Source: Bacillota bacterium (GTDB lineage Bacteria > Bacillota > Bacilli > Bacillales > Amphibacillaceae). Taken from it: DNA of 64,000 nt. The stretch's first letter is position 1, and each line of letters starts with the position of its first letter. The DNA lies in NCBI GenBank assembly GCA_035302425.1, contig DATGSQ010000013.1:16965-80964 (forward strand), given 5' to 3'. The notes under the pieces are model-generated. The model was not told the DNA's origin. It ran no database searches and saw nothing but the letters and a program-made list of their open reading frames with translations. This document shows positions 51,815 to 62,168 of this stretch, one piece after another. The position numbers were made by a program, and so were the translations under genes.

Positions 51815-53899
51815 TTATGATGACGTTTGCTCTTTCTTTTCGTAATCACATTCTGTACAACGTGTTGTCGTTTGTTTTTTCGTTTTTTTCTGGACCATCA
51901 TTTTGCCACAGTTTGGACATGGTTCCTTTACTGGACGATCCCATGAGACAAAATCGCAGTTCGGATAATTGTCACATCCGTAAAAAAATCTTCCTCTTCG
52001 TGATCGTCGTTCAACGATATTACCATCTTTACATTTTGGACATTTGACGCCAACTTTTTTCAAAATTGGCTTCGTATTACGGCAGTCAGGGAAGTTAGAG
52101 CAAGCGAGGAACTTACCGTAACGGCCCATTTTATAAACCATTGGATGACCACACTTTTCACAATCAATGCCAGCTGGTTCATCTTTAATTTCGATAGAAG
52201 CCATTTCTTTTTCAGCTTTCTCTAATCGTTTTTCAAATCCTTCATAAAATTGATCCATCACTTGAATCCACGCAGCTTTTCCTTCTTCAATCGAGTCGAG
52301 ATCTTTTTCCATATTTGCAGTGAAATCAACGTCGATAATCTCAGGAAAATGTTGTTGTAATAAATCAATGACAATTGTTCCTATTTCAGTTGGATAAAAG
52401 CGGCGTTCTTCCATAGCAACATAACCGCGACGTTGAATCGTATCAATTGTCGGTGCATATGTCGATGGTCGACCGATTCCTTTTTCTTCTAATGTTGCAA
52501 CAAGTCGTGCTTCCGTATATCTTGGCGGTGGTTGTGTAAAATGTTGCTTTGGTTCAATTTTTTCAGATTTAACGATCATCCCTGTTTCAAGATCAGGTAA
52601 AAATGTCTCTTTTTGTTTTTTCTTCTGGTTGCTACCTTCGACATATATTTTCATAAATCCATCAAACTTTACTTTTGAGCCTGATGCACGAAATTCAACA
52701 TTATTATTCCATAGGTGAACTGTCATTGTATCCATAACTGCAGGTGCCATTTGGCTTGCTAAAAAGCGATCATAAATTAGTTTGTATAATCGATATTGAT
52801 CCTTTGATAATACGCTTTTTAATGATTCTGGATTACGATGAACAGATGTTGGGCGGACAGCTTCATGAGCATCTTGTGCCCCTTCTTGTTGGCCTTTTTG
52901 CCGTCTATTGCCGACATATTGTTCACCAAAGGTTTTTGCAATATGTTTTTTCGTCTCACTAACGGCTGTTGGGGAAACCCGTGTAGAGTCTGTACGCATA
53001 TACGTTATAAGCCCAGTAATTCCACCAGCCTTTGCCCCTAAGTCAATACCTTCATAAAGTTGCTGGGCGATCATCATCGTCTTTTTCGCACGAAAATTAA
53101 GTTTTCGCGCAGCATCCTGTTGTAATGATGAAGTTGTAAAGGGTAAAGCAGGATTCCTCCGTCGTTCACGTTTATTTACTTTTTTAATTTCAAAATCGTC
53201 ACCGGTAATTTTTTGTAAAATTTCATTAACATCTGCTTCCGTTTTTAAATCTTGTTTCTTTCCATCGATTCCGTAAAAAGAACCTTCAAATTTTTCTAGA
53301 TCTTTTTTAAATAAGGATGAAATTGTCCAATATTCTTCAGGTTTAAAGTTTTTAATTTCATTTTCACGATCAATGATTAGTTTTACGGCGACAGATTGCA
53401 CACGACCTGCACTTAAGCCGCGTCTCACTTTTTTCCATAAAAGTGGGCTTATTTTGTAACCGACGAGTCGGTCTAAAATTCTTCGTGCTTGTTGTGCATC
53501 AACTAAATCTTGATCAATTGTCCGTGGCTGTTTAAACGATTCTAAAATAGCATTTTTCGTTATTTCATTAAAAACGACACGACATTTTGAATTCGGATCT
53601 ATTTTTAAAGCGTATGCGAGATGCCAAGCAATCGCTTCACCTTCACGATCCGGGTCAGCAGCCAAATATATATTATCCGCTTTTTTCGCTGCTTGTCGCA
53701 ATTCTTTTAAAATATCACCTTTACCACGTATCGTAATATACTTAGGTGTGAATGAATTTTCTATGTCAACACCGATTTGACTTCTCGGTAAATCTCTTAC
53801 GTGGCCCATTGAGGCTTTAACTGTGTAGCCTTTTCCTAAATAACGTTCAATTGTTCTCGCTTTAGCCGGTGATTCAACAATGACTAAATTTTGTGACAT
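51815..53899 (-). CDS. topA: DNA topoisomerase I
   Basis: [27 protein letters not shown]-terminal zinc ribbons. Confidence 0.98.
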   Translation of the reverse strand: MSQNLVIVESPAKARTIERYLGKGYTVKASMGHVRDLPRSQIGVDIENSFTPKYITIRGKGDILKELRQAAKKADNIYLAADPDREGEAIAWHLAYALKIDPNSKCRVVFNEITKNAILESFKQPRTIDQDLVDAQQARRILDRLVGYKISPLLWKKVRRGLSAGRVQSVAVKLIIDRENEIKNFKPEEYWTISSLFKKDLEKFEGSFYGIDGKKQDLKTEADVNEILQKITGDDFEIKKVNKRERRRNPALPFTTSSLQQDAARKLNFRAKKTMMIAQQLYEGIDLGAKAGGITGLITYMRTDSTRVSPTAVSETKKHIAKTFGEQYVGNRRQKGQQEGAQDAHEAVRPTSVHRNPESLKSVLSKDQYRLYKLIYDRFLASQMAPAVMDTMTVHLWNNNVEFRASGSKVKFDGFMKIYVEGSNQKKKQKETFLPDLETGMIVKSEKIEPKQHFTQPPPRYTEARLVATLEEKGIGRPSTYAPTIDTIQRRGYVAMEERRFYPTEIGTIVIDLLQQHFPEIIDVDFTANMEKDLDSIEEGKAAWIQVMDQFYEGFEKRLEKAEKEMASIEIKDEPAGIDCEKCGHPMVYKMGRYGKFLACSNFPDCRNTKPILKKVGVKCPKCKDGNIVERRSRRGRFFYGCDNYPNCDFVSWDRPVKEPCPNCGKMMVQKKTKKQTTTRCTECDYEKKEQTSS

Positions 53900-53958
53900 A
53901 ATTTTATTGCCTCCTACAATGAGGTTACGAATATTATCGCTTCGTTCAATCGTCCCTT

Positions 53959-53987
53959 ATATTAATTACTTATGTTGCATTTGTCAA
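53959..53987 (-). promoter_or_regulatory. sigmaA promoter of topA
   Basis: TTGACA-17 bp-TAATAT. Confidence 0.7.
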
Positions 53988-54026
53988 ATATACAACAATA
54001 TTTTTTTGAATTTCGATAAAAAACAT

Positions 54027-54935
54027 TCATCTATTATTAACATTTTTCATCAAATGTTTACCTACTAACTCCCAATCATTTATTAAATCTGCTGCATTTA
54101 TAACGAGTTGAGCTCCGTCTTGTATCATTCGATGACACCCTTTACTTTGTATTGTTAGCGGACAGCCCGGTGAAACGTATACTTGTCGTCCTTGATCAAG
54201 CGCTTGATCAACGGTTATTAACGTCCCACTACGCTCCATAGCTTCAATAACTAACGTTCCATAACTTAAACCACTAATAATTCGATTTCGTTCGGGAAAA
54301 TGGTATTTACGGGCGGAAACATGCGGGGGATATTCGGATATGACAAGACCCTTTTGAACAATTTGTTTGAACAATGTAAAGTGTTCCCGTGGATAAATAT
54401 GTTGAAAACCACTTCCTAATACAGCGATAGTAATACCATCTTCAGCAAGTGTTACACGGTGGGCATAACTGTCAATTCCCCGCGCAAGACCACTAACAAT
54501 TGTCCAACCACGACTTAACAATGGACGTAAATAAAACTCAACCTTTTGATAAGCATTTTGCGATGGATTACGTGTACCAATAACACTTAAAAATGGTTTA
54601 TATTGTAATAAATGGCGGTCTCCAGCCAAAAACAAGACAAGAGGTGGATCATTAATTTGTTTTAAAAGTAATGGATAATCATGATCATAAATTGTCATTA
54701 TTTGAAAGGATTGAAGGTGTTTCTTTATGAAAAGTAATAAACGATCATTATGAAGGTCCGCTAAAAATTGCTCAGCATTTTTTAAAGGAAGGAAAAATAA
54801 GTTGTGTAAATCAGAAGATGAATACGAATAAACCTTAGTTAATTTAGGATCTACTGTTAAAAGTTTACGAATGAAATGTCTATTTATGCCGCGACAATAA
54901 TATAGGTGGATGAGTCGCTTTCGAACATTGTGCAA
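54027..54935 (-). CDS. dprA: DNA processing protein DprA (Smf)
   Basis: IVSGLARGID, FPERNRIISGLS, SGTLIT; start approximate. Confidence 0.95.
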   Translation of the reverse strand: MHNVRKRLIHLYYCRGINRHFIRKLLTVDPKLTKVYSYSSSDLHNLFFLPLKNAEQFLADLHNDRLLLFIKKHLQSFQIMTIYDHDYPLLLKQINDPPLVLFLAGDRHLLQYKPFLSVIGTRNPSQNAYQKVEFYLRPLLSRGWTIVSGLARGIDSYAHRVTLAEDGITIAVLGSGFQHIYPREHFTLFKQIVQKGLVISEYPPHVSARKYHFPERNRIISGLSYGTLVIEAMERSGTLITVDQALDQGRQVYVSPGCPLTIQSKGCHRMIQDGAQLVINAADLINDWELVGKHLMKNVNNR

Positions 54936-54969
54936 TTCAATCACCCCATTATATATCATTGAATGGATA

Positions 54970-55004
54970 ATCGAAGCCTAAAATAACGTATTTTAGGCTC
55001 CGAT
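54970..55004 (-). terminator. hairpin after sucD
   Basis: 16-bp stem ATCGGAGCCTAAAATA/TATTTTAGGCTTCGAT; weak U-tract. Confidence 0.6.
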
Positions 55005-55015
55005 ATTTTTATAGG

Positions 55016-55917
55016 TTAATGTGTTTTACACTTTTCATCAATGCCGTGTTCTTTTAACACTTTAATAACTGTTTCGCCCATGACATCAGGTGTTTCTGCT
55101 ACAGTGATGCCACACTCACGCATAACACGCATTTTTTCATCAGCGGTTCCTTGACCACCAGAAATAATCGCTCCCGCGTGTCCCATACGTTTTCCTGGAG
55201 GAGCTGTTTGACCACCGACAAAGCCAATGACAGGCTTATTCATATTTTCTTTTACCCAACGAGCAGCCTCTTCTTCAGCTGTTCCACCGATCTCACCAAT
55301 CATAATGACCGCATGTGTATCAGGGTCTTCGTTATATAACTTTAAAACATCGATAAAGTTCGTTCCATTTACAGGGTCTCCACCGATACCGACAGCTCCT
55401 GATTGACCGTAACCGCGTTGTGATAGTTGGTGAACAGCTTCATAAGTTAATGTACCAGAACGTGAAACGACACCGATATGCCCTTTTGTATGAATATATC
55501 CTGGCATAATACCAACTTTACACTCATCAGGTGTAATAACTCCTGGACAGTTCGGTCCGATTAAACGAGTTTCTTTACCTTCCATGTAACGTTTGACTTT
55601 TACCATATCTAAAACAGGAATATGTTCTGTAATACAAATAACTAAATCCATCTTAGCATCAACAGCCTCTAAAATGGCATCTGCTGCAAATGGCGCAGGT
55701 ACATAAATAACGGAAACTGTTGCACCTGTCGCTTTAACAGCATCGTCGACTGTATTAAAAACAGGTACACCTTCAACTTCTTGTCCAGCACGTCCAGGTG
55801 TTACACCAGCAACAATATTTGTTCCATAATCGAGCATTTCTTTCGTATGAAACGCTGCTGTAGAACCTGTAATACCTTGGACTAAAACTTTTGTATCTTT
55901 ATTTACTAAATACTCAT
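55016..55917 (-). CDS. sucD: succinyl-CoA synthetase alpha subunit (canonical ATG out of frame by 1 nt)
   Basis: [24 protein letters not shown]; the SD-linked ATG at 55917 reads ATG AGT ATT TAG. Confidence 0.93.
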
Positions 55918-55967
55918 TGATGTCCGCCCTTTCTACAATCATTAATCGTCTATGATTTACTTTCAAT

Positions 55968-57128
55968 TTATTTAACAGCGGTAACGATTTTCTCTGCACC
56001 GTCACCCATTGAATCTGCAGAAATAATGTTTAACCCAGACTCATTTAAAATTTTCTTACCTTCTTCAACATTCGTACCTTCAAGTCGGACGACGAGTGGA
56101 ATGTCTAAGTCAACTTGTTTTGTCGCCTCAACGACACCTTCAGCAATAACATCACAGCGCATAATTCCGCCAAAAATGTTAACAAAAATCCCTTTAACGT
56201 TCGGATCAGCTAAAATAATTTTAAAGGCTTCAGTAACTTTTTCTGCTGTTGCTCCACCACCGACATCGAGGAAGTTTGCCGGCTCTCCGCCATAATGTTT
56301 AATAATATCCATTGTAGCCATCGCTAAACCTGCACCATTAACCATACAACCAATATCCCCATCAAGGGCAATATAGCTTAATCCATGCTCAGATGCTTCG
56401 ATTTCTTTTTCGTCCTCTTCATCTAAGTCACGAAGTTCTAAAATATCTTTTTGACGATATAAAGCATTATCATCAAAATTGAGCTTCGCATCAAGTGCTA
56501 ACACTTCACCATCACCTGTTGTGACAAGTGGGTTAATCTCAGCAATTGAACAATCTTTTTCTACAAAGGCTTGATAAAGTCCCATCATAAATTTAACGAC
56601 ATTATTAACCATTTCTACCGGTACGTTCAAATTAAAAGCCATACGACGTGCTTGATAACCTGCTAAGCCAACAACTGGGTCAATGACTTCTTTGAAAATT
56701 TTCTCAGGTGTTTCGGCAGCAACTTCCTCAATTTCAGTACCACCTTCTTCAGAACCCATCATGACGACTTTTGACGTTGAACTGTCAAGAACAAAACCTA
56801 AATAATATTCCTTTTGAATATCGCAACCTTCTTCAATTAATAAACGTTTAACTTCTTTTCCTTCCGGGCCAGTTTGTTCTGTCACTAAAACTTTTCCTAA
56901 AATTTCCTCGGCATATGTACGTACTTCGTCGAGGTTTTGCGCGATTTTAACACCGCCTGCTTTACCACGGCCACCAGCATGGATTTGTGCCTTAACGACT
57001 GTTACATCACTGCCTAATTTTTTAGCTACTTCGACAGCTTCATCGACAGTAAATGCAACATAACCATCAGGCACATTCACTCCATATTGGCGTAAAATGT
57101 CTTTTCCTTGATACTCATGTATGTTCAT
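55968..57128 (-). CDS. sucC: succinyl-CoA synthetase beta subunit
   Basis: [35 protein letters not shown]. Confidence 0.98.
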   Translation of the reverse strand: MNIHEYQGKDILRQYGVNVPDGYVAFTVDEAVEVAKKLGSDVTVVKAQIHAGGRGKAGGVKIAQNLDEVRTYAEEILGKVLVTEQTGPEGKEVKRLLIEEGCDIQKEYYLGFVLDSSTSKVVMMGSEEGGTEIEEVAAETPEKIFKEVIDPVVGLAGYQARRMAFNLNVPVEMVNNVVKFMMGLYQAFVEKDCSIAEINPLVTTGDGEVLALDAKLNFDDNALYRQKDILELRDLDEEDEKEIEASEHGLSYIALDGDIGCMVNGAGLAMATMDIIKHYGGEPANFLDVGGGATAEKVTEAFKIILADPNVKGIFVNIFGGIMRCDVIAEGVVEATKQVDLDIPLVVRLEGTNVEEGKKILNESGLNIISADSMGDGAEKIVTAVK

Positions 57129-57162
57129 GTTTTATCCTCCAATCAAAATTGACTGCATTCCT

Positions 57163-57191
57163 ATTGTAGTAGAAAATGTTTTTTTTCACAA
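57163..57191 (-). promoter_or_regulatory. sigmaA promoter of sucCD
   Basis: TTGTGA-17 bp-TACAAT. Confidence 0.6.
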
Positions 57192-57214
57192 GAATAACAA
57201 AGTGTTAAGATTAC

Positions 57215-57228
57215 TTTAAACGTTTTCA
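57215..57228 (-). promoter_or_regulatory. cre-like (CcpA) site upstream of the sucC promoter
   Basis: TGAAAACGTTTAAA, one mismatch to TGWAARCGYTWNCA. Confidence 0.4.
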
Positions 57229-57261
57229 TTATATTTTAAACGACTAAATCCCTTAAATAAG

Positions 57262-57534
57262 TTATTTCATATTACGGTCCAATGCATATATAAACGCAAA
57301 TACTTCAGCAACAGCTTCATACAATTCACCTGGAATTACGTCATTAATATTTAAATTAGCTAATAGTTCAACGAGTGAAGGATCCTCTAAAACTGGTACA
57401 TCATATTTTTTCGCTTGAGCTAATATTTTTTCCGCAACAATTCCTTTACCAACTGCTTTCACAACCGGTGCATGATTTTCTTGATGTTCAGGGTTATAAC
57501 TTAAAGCGACTACTTTTTTTCGTTTGTTCGTCAT
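57262..57534 (-). CDS. ylqH: stand-alone FlhB C-terminal-domain protein (YlqH/FlhX)
   Basis: VALSY..APVVKAVGKG..AEKI..IPGELYEAVAEVFAFIY, parallel to the post-NPTH part of FlhB in this window. Confidence 0.9.
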   Translation of the reverse strand: MTNKRKKVVALSYNPEHQENHAPVVKAVGKGIVAEKILAQAKKYDVPVLEDPSLVELLANLNINDVIPGELYEAVAEVFAFIYALDRNMK

Positions 57535-59270
57535 ATGCGAAAATCAACTCCTGAATAATTTTTTCTCATAAATTGCCGCGGCGTCTTTGGTGAAATTTGC
57601 TTATCATCTTTAGCAAGGGGTTTATAAGTAATCGATGATAGTTGATAGTCTATTTCACTTAACTGTCGTTTTAAACTATGTTCTAACGGTTTGACGAGGG
57701 ATTTTAAAAATTGTTGATTATTAAAAACCGTCAGAGAAATAATTCGATCTTGCACGGCCATGTCGACAATTGTATGATCTAACGCTTCCAAATGTAAGAA
57801 AAATAAAATACGACAATGATTCGGATCAATCGTATCATCTTTTGTTTTTTTGCTTTGAAATTGCATGTATAAATCACTGTTAAGCTGCAATTTATCACCA
57901 GGCAGCACAAAGTTACCATATATAAAATGGTTCGTTTCTTCGACAGATTGTAGTTGTAATCCATTAATAAAATGTAATAGTTGTTGAATACGTTCCTGAT
58001 CCATTGGTAATTGCTGCTGCACCATTTGTAACAACGTTTGCTTAAGGGTTAATGGTTGCTCATTAACTTGACCATCTCGAATAAGTTGTTCATAGTTTAA
58101 ACCTAAATGGGCTAATGTATGATGAATTTGTTGTAAAAATTCTGCTTTTGGTGCAAAGTCGTTAGTCATCGTTTGTTGTAGTATTTCATATGTATGTTCA
58201 TCACCTAAAGCAACTAGCATATTTAACAAAAGTGGTAACTGTTCGTGTTGTTGTAAAACATGATTAAATGTCACTATTTGTTCATTAGATAAAAACGTTT
58301 GTAATATCGGTCGTAACTGTTCGCTCATTAGCGATAACCGTTGTGCTGACATAGGTCGCTGTTCTTGAATATGCACTGACAGTTCTTGCTCCCACGTGGC
58401 TAAAAAGTCCTTAATCCGAGAAGTAATTTGTCCTTGTTCACTAACCATTCGTTGCATCATCACTTTTAAAACTGGTAGTTCAACATTAAAAATTGACTCA
58501 CGTTGGCTCAGTAAAGAAAATAGCGAACGATTATTAATAGATAAGTTGGATTTGATTACATTTAATCCTTGGAAAACGTCCCTTACTAATGGATTTTCTT
58601 GTATGCTTTGTAATAAATGTCGGGCAAACTGTTGATCGGGAATTGATTGTTTATAATCTTGTATAAGTGCTAGTAACTGTTGTCCACGAGATGAGTCTTT
58701 TAAAGCTGTTTGTATTGATTGATCATCTATTTGTTGTAATAGATTTGTAAAATTTTCAGTCATTAACGCTTGTTGTGCTTGAAAAACATTTTCCGTTAAT
58801 GGTAAATTTCGAACAATCATATGTTGAATGACTCGAAAAGCCGTTTGCTTATGATCATTTAATGAAAGTAATGGAAGAGATTGGATGAGGGTATTACGAT
58901 CAAATGGTATTTGTTCTTGAATTAAATGTTGGACAAATTGCCTTAACGGCCGGTCAGATGATAATCCTAACTGTTGTAAAAGTGCTTGAACATTGAGCGC
59001 CACTTCCTGTTCAAGTGGGTCTCCGAGCACTTTCAGATGCATGTATTGTTCATTATTGACCACTTGAAAGTAATATTTCTCACCTACTGCTAAAGCTGTA
59101 TCAAGTTGGGCGATTCTTTGTTCCTGACCAATTTGAATTAATGCTTGATTATTAGGAAATAACTTAACAATTGTTCCTTGAATAACCTGATTTGGTTGTA
59201 GTGAGCGAAAACTCGGTTGTACTCGTTCTGTACGTGATAAATGATTTCGTAATATGTTATTAATATTCAT
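57531..59270 (-). CDS. ylqG: YlqG-like protein, Gln-rich, FliK-like C-terminal domain
   Basis: Synteny rnhB-ylqG-ylqH; C-terminal RILFFLHLEALDHTIVDM..GVDFRI. Confidence 0.75.
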   Translation of the reverse strand: MNINNILRNHLSRTERVQPSFRSLQPNQVIQGTIVKLFPNNQALIQIGQEQRIAQLDTALAVGEKYYFQVVNNEQYMHLKVLGDPLEQEVALNVQALLQQLGLSSDRPLRQFVQHLIQEQIPFDRNTLIQSLPLLSLNDHKQTAFRVIQHMIVRNLPLTENVFQAQQALMTENFTNLLQQIDDQSIQTALKDSSRGQQLLALIQDYKQSIPDQQFARHLLQSIQENPLVRDVFQGLNVIKSNLSINNRSLFSLLSQRESIFNVELPVLKVMMQRMVSEQGQITSRIKDFLATWEQELSVHIQEQRPMSAQRLSLMSEQLRPILQTFLSNEQIVTFNHVLQQHEQLPLLLNMLVALGDEHTYEILQQTMTNDFAPKAEFLQQIHHTLAHLGLNYEQLIRDGQVNEQPLTLKQTLLQMVQQQLPMDQERIQQLLHFINGLQLQSVEETNHFIYGNFVLPGDKLQLNSDLYMQFQSKKTKDDTIDPNHCRILFFLHLEALDHTIVDMAVQDRIISLTVFNNQQFLKSLVKPLEHSLKRQLSEIDYQLSSITYKPLAKDDKQISPKTPRQFMRKNYSGVDFRI

Positions 59271-59298
59271 GTAATGATCACCCTTTGTTCCCTTCAGT

Positions 59299-60066
59299 CT
59301 ATATGTAACGTTTGACCGGGGCAAATGAACGGCGATGAATTGGTGAGATACCATGTCGATTTAATTGTTTTAAATGTTCCCTTGTGCCATATCCTTTATG
59401 TTTATGGAAATTGTATTCGGGATACTTTTCGTGTATGTTAGTCATGTAGCGGTCACGACTCACTTTTGCTAAAATACTCGCCGCAGCAATTGTTACACTC
59501 TTTTCGTCACCTTTAATAATAGTATCGGTTTCTATCATCGATTGTTGAAGGTGAACGGCATCAATTAAAGCGATATTTGGTTGTGGTTGAAGGTTTACTA
59601 AAGCTTCTGTCATCGCCCGTTTTGTCGCTTCTAAAATATTATATTGATCAATGATGTCTTCATGAACATAGGAAATATGGTAAGCGATTGCTTTTTCTTT
59701 AATTTTGTCATAAAACATATTACGTTCTTCAGTTGCTAATGCCTTTGAATCATTTATGCCTAACAATGTAAAATCTTCTGGTAAAATAACGGCTGCAGCA
59801 ACGACTGGTCCTGCTAATGGTCCACGCCCCGCTTCATCAACACCTGCAACATATTTAAAACCTTTATTCCATAACTTTTTCTCATAAGTTAACATATTAG
59901 AAAACTGTTCTTTTAATAAAGCCAATTTTGCCTTTTGTCGTTCATATGAACGAATTAACTGTTGTACGCCTTTGCGTTGGTCCTTCATTAATTGTTTAAT
60001 ATGTTCATCAGTCACTATATTTGCTTGAAACATCTGTTTGAGTTCAGCAATCGTTTTATCATTCAT
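59299..60066 (-). CDS. rnhB: ribonuclease HII
   Basis: GVDEAGRGPLAGPVVAAAV, DSK, IAAASILAKV. Confidence 0.97.
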   Translation of the reverse strand: MNDKTIAELKQMFQANIVTDEHIKQLMKDQRKGVQQLIRSYERQKAKLALLKEQFSNMLTYEKKLWNKGFKYVAGVDEAGRGPLAGPVVAAAVILPEDFTLLGINDSKALATEERNMFYDKIKEKAIAYHISYVHEDIIDQYNILEATKRAMTEALVNLQPQPNIALIDAVHLQQSMIETDTIIKGDEKSVTIAAASILAKVSRDRYMTNIHEKYPEYNFHKHKGYGTREHLKQLNRHGISPIHRRSFAPVKRYI

Positions 60067-60071
60067 TCCTA

Positions 60072-60932
60072 TCACTCTTCTTCTAAAGGATCGCACGTTT
60101 CTAACGTTATTTTACCAAGTTTCCCTGTCCGTAAGTCTCGTAATACGAATTCAGCGACTTTATCAAAATTAACATGACCACCACTTTCAAGGGCCCCGCG
60201 CTTTTTACCGATATGTTCAAAAACATCCCACATGTCTGTGAAGGATTCATCTAAGTTGTAACGATCTTTTAAAAGATTCGGATAATACTTTTGTAAATAT
60301 TGTAAAACGTAGGCGGCTATATCTTGCAAAGATAGTAGTTTATCTTTAATCGTCCCAATCGCTGCTAAACGTAGGCCAACTTGTTGGTCATCAAATTTTG
60401 GCCATAAAATACCTGGTGTATCGAGCAATTCAAATGTATTTTTAACTTTTATCCACTGCTGGTGGCGAGTAATACCCGGTCGGTCGCCAATTTTAGTAAT
60501 TTTGCGATTAGCTAAACGATTAATTAATGTTGACTTACCAACGTTTGGTATCCCTAAAATAAGCGCACGTATCGGCCGGGTTTGGATACCACGTTGACGA
60601 TGACGTTCAATCGTCGCGCGTCCACTATGCTCAACGTGACGAATGAGTGCTTGCACATCATTAACATCATTAACATCAACGGCAAGACAATCGATATTTT
60701 CCTCAGAAAAATAATGTAACCATTTTGTCGTCTCTGTTAAGTCTGCTAAATCTTTTTTCATTAAAATTAATATTTTCGGTTTGTTTTTAATAATTTTTTG
60801 TAACATTGGATTTTGTGATGATTTTGGTGCCCGAGCATCGACTAATTCTAAAACGAGATCAACATGTTTTAAATTTTGTTCAATTTCTCGCCGGGCTTTC
60901 GCCATATGTCCTGGAAACCATTGAATGGTCAT
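60072..60932 (-). CDS. rbgA: ribosome biogenesis GTPase RbgA (YlqF)
   Basis: IQWFPGHMAKA, GIPNVGKS, DTPGILWPK. Confidence 0.97.
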   Translation of the reverse strand: MTIQWFPGHMAKARREIEQNLKHVDLVLELVDARAPKSSQNPMLQKIIKNKPKILILMKKDLADLTETTKWLHYFSEENIDCLAVDVNDVNDVQALIRHVEHSGRATIERHRQRGIQTRPIRALILGIPNVGKSTLINRLANRKITKIGDRPGITRHQQWIKVKNTFELLDTPGILWPKFDDQQVGLRLAAIGTIKDKLLSLQDIAAYVLQYLQKYYPNLLKDRYNLDESFTDMWDVFEHIGKKRGALESGGHVNFDKVAEFVLRDLRTGKLGKITLETCDPLEEE

Positions 60933-60944
60933 TATTATTACACC

Positions 60945-61490
60945 CTATTCATTAACAATTTTTAACCTATCCAAAGGCCAATATATAATGCTTGCTTTTC
61001 CGACAATTTGATCGATCGAAATGAGACCTAAACGTCTACTATCTGTTGAATTATTTCGATTATCACCGAGTACAAGAACATATCCTTCTGGTATTTTGTC
61101 ATATTGTCCTGGAAGGTTTTCTAATTTAAAATTACTTTGAATTAATTCATGTTCATCATACGATATGTACGGTTCATCAACAGGTTGACCATTAATATAT
61201 AAAACGTCATTTTTTATCGCTACATGTTCCCCTGGTAAGCCAATCACTCGCTTGATAAAATCTTTTTGTTTAGAAGCATGAAAAACGACAATATCAAATC
61301 TTTCCGGTTCCTGTAAGCGATATACAAATTTATTGACAATCATTCGATCACGATCATATAACGTCGGCTGCATGGAAGGTCCATCGACGATGATCGGAGA
61401 AAATAAAAACGTTCGAATAATAAAGGCAATTGCTAAAGCGATCAAAAGTGCCTTTGTCCATTCATACCATTCACTTCTAGATCTAGTCAT
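60945..61490 (-). CDS. lepB: signal peptidase I
   Basis: GPSMQPT, FIKRVIGLPG, GDNRNNSTDSR. Confidence 0.96.
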   Translation of the reverse strand: MTRSRSEWYEWTKALLIALAIAFIIRTFLFSPIIVDGPSMQPTLYDRDRMIVNKFVYRLQEPERFDIVVFHASKQKDFIKRVIGLPGEHVAIKNDVLYINGQPVDEPYISYDEHELIQSNFKLENLPGQYDKIPEGYVLVLGDNRNNSTDSRRLGLISIDQIVGKASIIYWPLDRLKIVNE

Positions 61491-61623
61491 ATTTAACCCC
61501 CTTGATCGCTAATAAATTTCCATCACAAATATGCTTCTCATTTATTTTAAACGAGCTTATGATGAATAAACAACTATTTTAATCAAATAAAATAAATATG
61601 TATGACATTATCTAAAAAATGAT

Positions 61624-61660
61624 AAAAAAAGAGCTTGCAATGACAGTTGCGAAGCTCTTT
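61624..61660 (-). terminator. intrinsic terminator after rplS
   Basis: AAAGAGCTT(C)GCAA/TTGCAAGCTCTTT stem plus U-tract. Confidence 0.85.
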
Positions 61661-61684
61661 ATCGTGCTCATATTCATGTATAAA

Positions 61685-62029
61685 TTATCGACGTTCTTTA
61701 ATACGTGCTGCTCGGCCACGCAGTTTGCGTAAGTGATAAAGTTTTGCACGTCGAACGGCTCCACGACGTGTGACTTCAATTTTGTCAATTCGTGGTGAGT
61801 GTAATGGAAATGTTCGTTCAACACCTACACCATAAGAAATTTTTCTCACGGTAAACGTTTCATTAATCCCACCGTTTTGTCGCTTAATGACAACACCTTC
61901 AAAAACTTGAATTCGCTCCCGGGATCCTTCAACGACAATCGCATGAACTCTTACGTTGTCACCAGGACGAAATTCAGGATGGTCTGTTCGTAGTTGTTCT
62001 TTCGTTACTGATTCGAGAATTTTTTGCAT
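61685..62029 (-). CDS. rplS: 50S ribosomal protein L19
   Basis: [35 protein letters not shown]. Confidence 0.98.
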   Translation of the reverse strand: MQKILESVTKEQLRTDHPEFRPGDNVRVHAIVVEGSRERIQVFEGVVIKRQNGGINETFTVRKISYGVGVERTFPLHSPRIDKIEVTRRGAVRRAKLYHLRKLRGRAARIKERR

Positions 62030-62051
62030 CGTGTTTCCACTCCTTCCAAAC

Positions 62052-62087
62052 TAATGTTCTTATTTATGAAAAACAGCGGAACATCGT
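62052..62087 (-). ncRNA. L19 (rplS) leader RNA
   Basis: GAUGUUCCGCUG...AAGAACAUU hairpin typical of the Firmicutes L19 leader. Confidence 0.75.
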
Positions 62088-62122
62088 TTTTAATGCTTAT
62101 AACCTATATAAGCACAATAGTT

Positions 62123-62151
62123 AATATAACATAACATGAACTGTACTTCAA
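62123..62151 (-). promoter_or_regulatory. sigmaA promoter of rplS
   Basis: TTGAAG-17 bp-TATATT with extended TG. Confidence 0.65.
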
Positions 62152-62168
62152 CTACATTATTCGAATTA

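Noticed and set aside
54980-54994. ComK box upstream of dprA
   Set aside because: The spacing is AAAA-N7-TTTT rather than N5, and the sequence is explained by the sucD hairpin
55918-56005. N-terminal extension of SucD given by the ORF track (MTVQRKS...)
   Set aside because: Artefact of the 1-nt frameshift; it overlaps the sucC 3' end and reads through the real SD
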